A DNA stretch of 64,000 bases. Origin: an uncultured Actinomycetes bacterium. GTDB taxonomy: Bacteria; Actinomycetota; Thermoleophilia; UBA2241. Below, one piece after another: positions 59,643 to 64,000 of the stretch. Both the position numbers and the translations under genes were made by a program. The first letter of the stretch is position 1, and each line of letters begins with the position of its first letter. The notes under the pieces are model-generated. The model ran no database searches and was not told the origin of the DNA. It saw only the letters and a program-made list of their open reading frames with translations. The stretch is taken from NCBI GenBank assembly GCA_963725665.1, contig CAVRZA010000002.1, positions 1 to 64,000 of the forward strand, given 5' to 3'.

Positions 59643-60574
59643 GCGAGACCACAATCGCGGGCGCGCCTCCGACAGTCATGGAGCTGGGCGAGGCGATCAA
59701 GCTGGGACTCGAGAGGTTCGGCCTGGTCGTGGGCTGGGTCCCAGGGCGCGACGGTAACCTGGCGCCGGGGTTCGCGCGCTCGGCCGAACAAGCCGAGAAG
59801 CTCGGCTTCGGGCCGAGCGCGGTCTACAACGTGGCGCGCTACGTGCGCGACAAGGCTCCCTGCGCCGTCGTCGCCAAGCCGTGCGACATCCGCTCGCTGA
59901 CGCAGATGATCGCCGAGGACATGCTCAAGCGCGAGGAACTCTTCATCATCGGCCTGCGCTGCGAGGGTGTCGCCGACATGAAGAAGGTCGCCGAGCAGTA
60001 CGGGTTCGGCGCGCGCGTCGAGGCAGTCGGCTCCGACTGGCTGGTCAACGGCGAGCGCGTCGACAAGGCCGACCTCCTCGACGCGCGCTGCAAGAAGTGC
60101 TTGCGTCGCGAGCCGCTGCTCGCCGACGTTGTCGTCGGCGAGCCGGTGACGCCGCCGGCCGAGGCGGTCCGGTTCGCGGGGCTGCCCGAGACCGCCGCCG
60201 AGCGGGCCGCCTTCTGGGAGCGCGAGATGGCAAAGTGCATCCGCTGCTACGCCTGCCGCAACGCCTGCCCGCTCTGCTACTGCCAGGACGTCTGCGTCGT
60301 CCAGTCGCGCAACCCGCACTGGGTGACCGACGAGGCGACGCCGGCGGAGAACTGGATGTGGCAGATGATCCGCATGGCGCACCTGGCGGGGCGCTGTACG
60401 GAGTGCGGCGAGTGCAACCGCGCCTGTCCCGTTGGTATCAGGCTCGATCTGATGACCCAGGACCTGGTCGACATGGCGCGTGACCTCTTCGACTACGAGG
60501 CGGGGCTCGACCCCGAGCAGAAGCCGCCGTTCGTCACCTACGACAAGGAGCGCGACGAGTGGCCGGTAAGGTGA
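59639..60574 (+). CDS. flxC: FlxC-like 4Fe-4S protein
   Basis: KPCD, CIRCYACRNACPLCYC, HLAGRCTECGECNRACP. Confidence 0.75.
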   Translation: MSETTIAGAPPTVMELGEAIKLGLERFGLVVGWVPGRDGNLAPGFARSAEQAEKLGFGPSAVYNVARYVRDKAPCAVVAKPCDIRSLTQMIAEDMLKREELFIIGLRCEGVADMKKVAEQYGFGARVEAVGSDWLVNGERVDKADLLDARCKKCLRREPLLADVVVGEPVTPPAEAVRFAGLPETAAERAAFWEREMAKCIRCYACRNACPLCYCQDVCVVQSRNPHWVTDEATPAENWMWQMIRMAHLAGRCTECGECNRACPVGIRLDLMTQDLVDMARDLFDYEAGLDPEQKPPFVTYDKERDEWPVR

Positions 60575-61596
60575 AGACCGCGGTGAAGACGAAGCTGAGC
60601 TTCCTGGCGGCCGACCGGCTCGAGGCGTGGCTCGAAGCGCTCGCCTCCGGCGAGACCCAGCTCTTGGTGCCGAGCAAGCCCGACGGCACGTTCGTGACCT
60701 GGCAGGGCGGCGAACCCGATCTGAGGGGGATCACAGCGACGTCCTCGAAGTCCCTGGTGTTACCACAGCACGAGACTTTCCTGAGCTACAAGTACCAGGA
60801 GGGCGGCGCGGTCGAGGTGACGCCCGTCGTCGACGAGACCGAGCGCGTCGTCTTCGGGGCGCGTCTCTGCGACATGCACGGCCTGCGCTGCATCGACCAG
60901 ACGTTCGGCGAGACTGGTCCCAGCGGCGGCGACGCGAACTACTTGGCGCGCCGCGAGCGCACGACGTTCGTGTCCGTGGCCTGCACGGAGGCCGACGTCG
61001 ACGGCGCCTGCTTCTGCGCCACGTTCTTCACTCCGGACTCGTACGGCGCCGCCGACGCCGTTGTGCACCCGGTCGCGGACGGCTACGTGCTGCGCGCCCT
61101 GACCGAGAAGGGCGAGCGGGTCGTCGAGCTGGCCGCGGGCGCCGGCGCCTCGACGGCGTCCGTGCCCGAGGCGCCGGCGCCCGCGCAGGGCTCGTCCATC
61201 GAGATCAAAGGCATCGAGGAGAAGCTCCTCACCGTCTTCAACGACGACGAGCTCTGGGACGACGTCACCGAAGGCTGCCTCTCGTGCGGCGCCTGCAGCT
61301 TCGTCTGCCCGACCTGCTACTGCTTCTCGATCACCGACGAGGCCCGCGGCAGCGACTGCGGCGATCGCCTGCGCTGCTGGGACTCCTGCGGCTTCGCCTG
61401 CTACACCAAGGAGGCCAGCGGGCACAACCCGCGCAGCCGCAACGCCAAGCGTTTCCGCAACCGTGTGAACCACAAGTTCACCTACTACCCCGAGCTCTAC
61501 AACCTCGAGAGCTGCGTGGGCTGCGGGCGCTGCGTGCGCGCCTGCCCCGCCGCCGTCGATATCCGCGACATGGTCGAGGCGGTGATGGCGCGTTGA
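60559..61596 (+). CDS. flxB: FlxB/AsrA-like 4Fe-4S protein
   Basis: FGARLCD, CFC, CLSCGACSFVCPTCYCF, RCWDSC, CVGCGRCVRACP. Confidence 0.78.
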   Translation: MAGKVKTAVKTKLSFLAADRLEAWLEALASGETQLLVPSKPDGTFVTWQGGEPDLRGITATSSKSLVLPQHETFLSYKYQEGGAVEVTPVVDETERVVFGARLCDMHGLRCIDQTFGETGPSGGDANYLARRERTTFVSVACTEADVDGACFCATFFTPDSYGAADAVVHPVADGYVLRALTEKGERVVELAAGAGASTASVPEAPAPAQGSSIEIKGIEEKLLTVFNDDELWDDVTEGCLSCGACSFVCPTCYCFSITDEARGSDCGDRLRCWDSCGFACYTKEASGHNPRSRNAKRFRNRVNHKFTYYPELYNLESCVGCGRCVRACPAAVDIRDMVEAVMAR

Positions 61597-62441
61597 GCGA
61601 TCCCACGGCCCTGTACCCGGCGGCTGCGGCCCGGGGCAAGCTGATCCCCCAGGTCGGCCGGGTCCTCGACGTCGTCCCCGAGGCGACCGACATCGTGAGC
61701 CTCCGTGTCGAGCTCCCCGAGCTGCCCACCTTCGAGCCCGGTCAGGTCGGCCAGCTGGGCATCTTCGGCATCGGCGAGGCGACCTTCGTCATCAGCTCCG
61801 CGCCACACGAGCGCGAGTACCTGCAGTTCACCGTGGCCAAGGTGGGCGAGGTCACTCAGGCCATCCACGACCTCTCGCCCGGGGACGCCGTCGGCGTGCG
61901 CGCCCCTCTCGGCAAGGGCTTCCTCTATCGCGACTGGTACGGGAAGAACATCGTCATCGCCGGCGGCGGCATCGGCATGGCGCCGCTGCGGCCCCTGCTC
62001 CAGACGCTGCTCCATGAGCGCGACAAGTTCGGCGACATCACGCTGATCAACGGCGCCCGCGCGCCCGAGCTGCTCTCGTACGGCGCCGACCGCGCCGACT
62101 GGACCCAGCGCGGCGACCTTCTCTACGTGGAGACCGTCGACGTGCCGGTCGAGGGCTGGGAGGGACGCACCGGCTTCGTGCCGGCCGTTCTCGAGGAGGA
62201 GGCGCCGAGCGCCGACAACGCCGTCGCCGTCACCTGCGGGCCGCCGATCATGATCAAGTTCACGCTGCCGGTCTTCGAGAAGCTCGGCTTCGCACCCGAC
62301 GCTGTCGTGACGACGCTGGAGCGGCGGATGAAGTGCGGCATCGGCATCTGCGGGCGCTGCAACATCGGCCACAAGTACGTCTGCGTCGACGGGCCGGTGT
62401 TCACGCTGGCCGAGCTGAATGAGCTGCCGGCGGAGCTCTAG
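61593..62441 (+). CDS. flxA: FlxA/AsrB-like FAD/NAD-binding subunit
   Basis: FEPGQ, GGGIGMAPLR, CGPPIM, LERRMKCGIGICGRC..VCVDGPVF. Confidence 0.8.
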   Translation: MSDPTALYPAAAARGKLIPQVGRVLDVVPEATDIVSLRVELPELPTFEPGQVGQLGIFGIGEATFVISSAPHEREYLQFTVAKVGEVTQAIHDLSPGDAVGVRAPLGKGFLYRDWYGKNIVIAGGGIGMAPLRPLLQTLLHERDKFGDITLINGARAPELLSYGADRADWTQRGDLLYVETVDVPVEGWEGRTGFVPAVLEEEAPSADNAVAVTCGPPIMIKFTLPVFEKLGFAPDAVVTTLERRMKCGIGICGRCNIGHKYVCVDGPVFTLAELNELPAEL

Positions 62442-62659
62442 AGAGCAGGGGTAGCTTCAAGGCGGCTTTGGCAGCATCCAAACTCGCCGCTCGGTGAAAG
62501 GGGGACAAGCGGGTCGTCGCGCTGGCGGGTCGGCGAGCGAAGACGGCGACCTGAGTCATCGCCGCCGACGACGATCAGTCATCGAAGCCCCAACACGGGG
62601 AGCCATGGTAGCGGGCGAGGCCTTTCGGCCTCGCCCGCACTGCGTTCGCGGCCGGGTGA

Positions 62660-63982
62660 CTACTCGGCCCGTGGCTCGGGCGCCACGAACTGCTCCTGGG
62701 GGTGCTGGTGGGCGAGCCGGTCGGCCTCGGCGGCTGGGAGGATCCGTCCCGAGCTCCTGATCTCTTGCCAGGCCGCATGCAGGATCGGCGCCGCGATGGC
62801 CAGACCGGCGAGGTTGAAGATGCCGCCGAGGGCGATCACCCAACCGCCGATCACGCTGTAGAGGAGTGGCGAGACGAGGGTGCCGACGAGCGCCGCCAGC
62901 TGCATCGCGGTCGTTTCGAGCCCCTGGATCGTGCCCAGCCAGCGCTGCGGGCTGACCTGCACGAGGAACGCCTGCTTGGCCGGGTACGAGTAGGCGATGG
63001 CGATGCCCTCGATCACGCTGAAGAGCAGCAGCACCCACAGCACGGTCACCGTGCCGTAGATGACCCACGTCACGCCGGAGATGGCGTAGCCCGAGAACAT
63101 GAGCAGGAACCGGTTGCCGCGGTCGGCAATGTAGCCGCCGACGAACGACAGCAGCATCGGGACGCTGAAGGCGATCCACGTCCAGCCGACGAACGCCATC
63201 GAGGCGCCAAGGTGGCGTAGGTAGATGCTCCAGATCACGTCCCACGTGCCCATGGCGAAGTGGCCCGCGGCGGCGACGAGTATGAAGGCGAGGATAGGGC
63301 GGTTCAGGAGCGTGCGTAGGGGAGGTCGCTTCACCTTCTCGCGACGGCGACGGCGGCCACGTTCGGGCTCCTTGAGTCTGAGCAGCAGGACCAGCGCGAC
63401 TATGGCCGACGCGGCGCTGCCGAAGAGGAAGATCGAGTAGAAGGCCCACTTGCCCTCTCCGCCTCCGAGCGAGTAGAGGGGCCAGGCGAGCGCCGGCCCT
63501 GCTACGAGGCCGCCGAACTGGGCCGTGGTCAGCCAACCGTAGGCGCGGCTGCGGTTCTCGTCGATCGTGATGTCGGCGATGAACGCCTGGCCGGCGGGGC
63601 CGACGGCAGCCGCGCCGACGCCCTCGAGGAACCGGAAGAGGAGGAACCACGCCGGCTCCGTGGTGCTCACGAAGAGCAGCGTGGCGACGGCGTACAGCAC
63701 GACGCCGGCGACGATGACCGGCTTGCGCCCGATCGTGTCGCTGAGCCGCCCGAGAGGGGTCGAGAAGAGGAACGTGCCGACGAAGTAGCCGGCGGCGATC
63801 ACGCCGATGAGCCACAGGGAGGCGTGCGCCTGCTCCTGGAGGAAGACCGGCAGGTACGGCAGGATCGCTCCGAAGCCCGCCCAGACGACGAAGCTGGCGA
63901 GGCAGACGATGTAGAGCTGGCCCCAGTCGGTGTCGCGTCCGGACGCGGCCGGCGGCGCAGCGATGTCGGCAAGGTGGGGCAC
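62660..63982 (-). CDS. MFS transporter (DHA1-like)
   Basis: GRLSDTIGRKP motif A; about 12 hydrophobic segments. Confidence 0.88.
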   Translation of the reverse strand: MPHLADIAAPPAASGRDTDWGQLYIVCLASFVVWAGFGAILPYLPVFLQEQAHASLWLIGVIAAGYFVGTFLFSTPLGRLSDTIGRKPVIVAGVVLYAVATLLFVSTTEPAWFLLFRFLEGVGAAAVGPAGQAFIADITIDENRSRAYGWLTTAQFGGLVAGPALAWPLYSLGGGEGKWAFYSIFLFGSAASAIVALVLLLRLKEPERGRRRRREKVKRPPLRTLLNRPILAFILVAAAGHFAMGTWDVIWSIYLRHLGASMAFVGWTWIAFSVPMLLSFVGGYIADRGNRFLLMFSGYAISGVTWVIYGTVTVLWVLLLFSVIEGIAIAYSYPAKQAFLVQVSPQRWLGTIQGLETTAMQLAALVGTLVSPLLYSVIGGWVIALGGIFNLAGLAIAAPILHAAWQEIRSSGRILPAAEADRLAHQHPQEQFVAPEPRAE

Positions 63983-64000
63983 GCGGACTCTCTCCCGGCG

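Overview
High-GC bacterial DNA, probably from an anaerobic or facultative actinobacterium (Thermoleophilia/Coriobacteriia-like; inferred from gene style, not tested). 1-25 kb is an accessory patchwork: an intact IS982-type element, TetR/MarR regulators with visible operators, MFS and RND transporters, a SpoIIE/anti-sigma pair, a B12-radical SAM enzyme, HtrA and several truncated gene scars. 25.9-62.4 kb is a respiratory supercluster: heme synthesis (hemB, ahbD, hemL), the redox sensor rex, a futalosine-pathway menaquinone gene set and hdrA-flxDCBA without hdrBC. The menaquinone genes are split between ubiA/mqnP and ubiX by a ~15 kb multiheme cytochrome island, the main candidate for an undescribed system. 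The island has 8 c-type cytochrome genes with 90 CXXCH plus 5 CX3-4CH motifs by hand count. It comprises a duplicated [NapC-like 12-heme + 7-heme + cytochrome b] cassette, a secreted 23-heme protein with opposite charges at its two ends, two more NapC-like cytochromes (12 and 14 hemes), and a convergent octaheme-NrfC-NrfD module with no catalytic subunit. Rex-box-like sites lie upstream of several units. This looks like a porin-free quinone-to-surface electron conduit (inference). Several single-base frameshifts may be sequencing errors.
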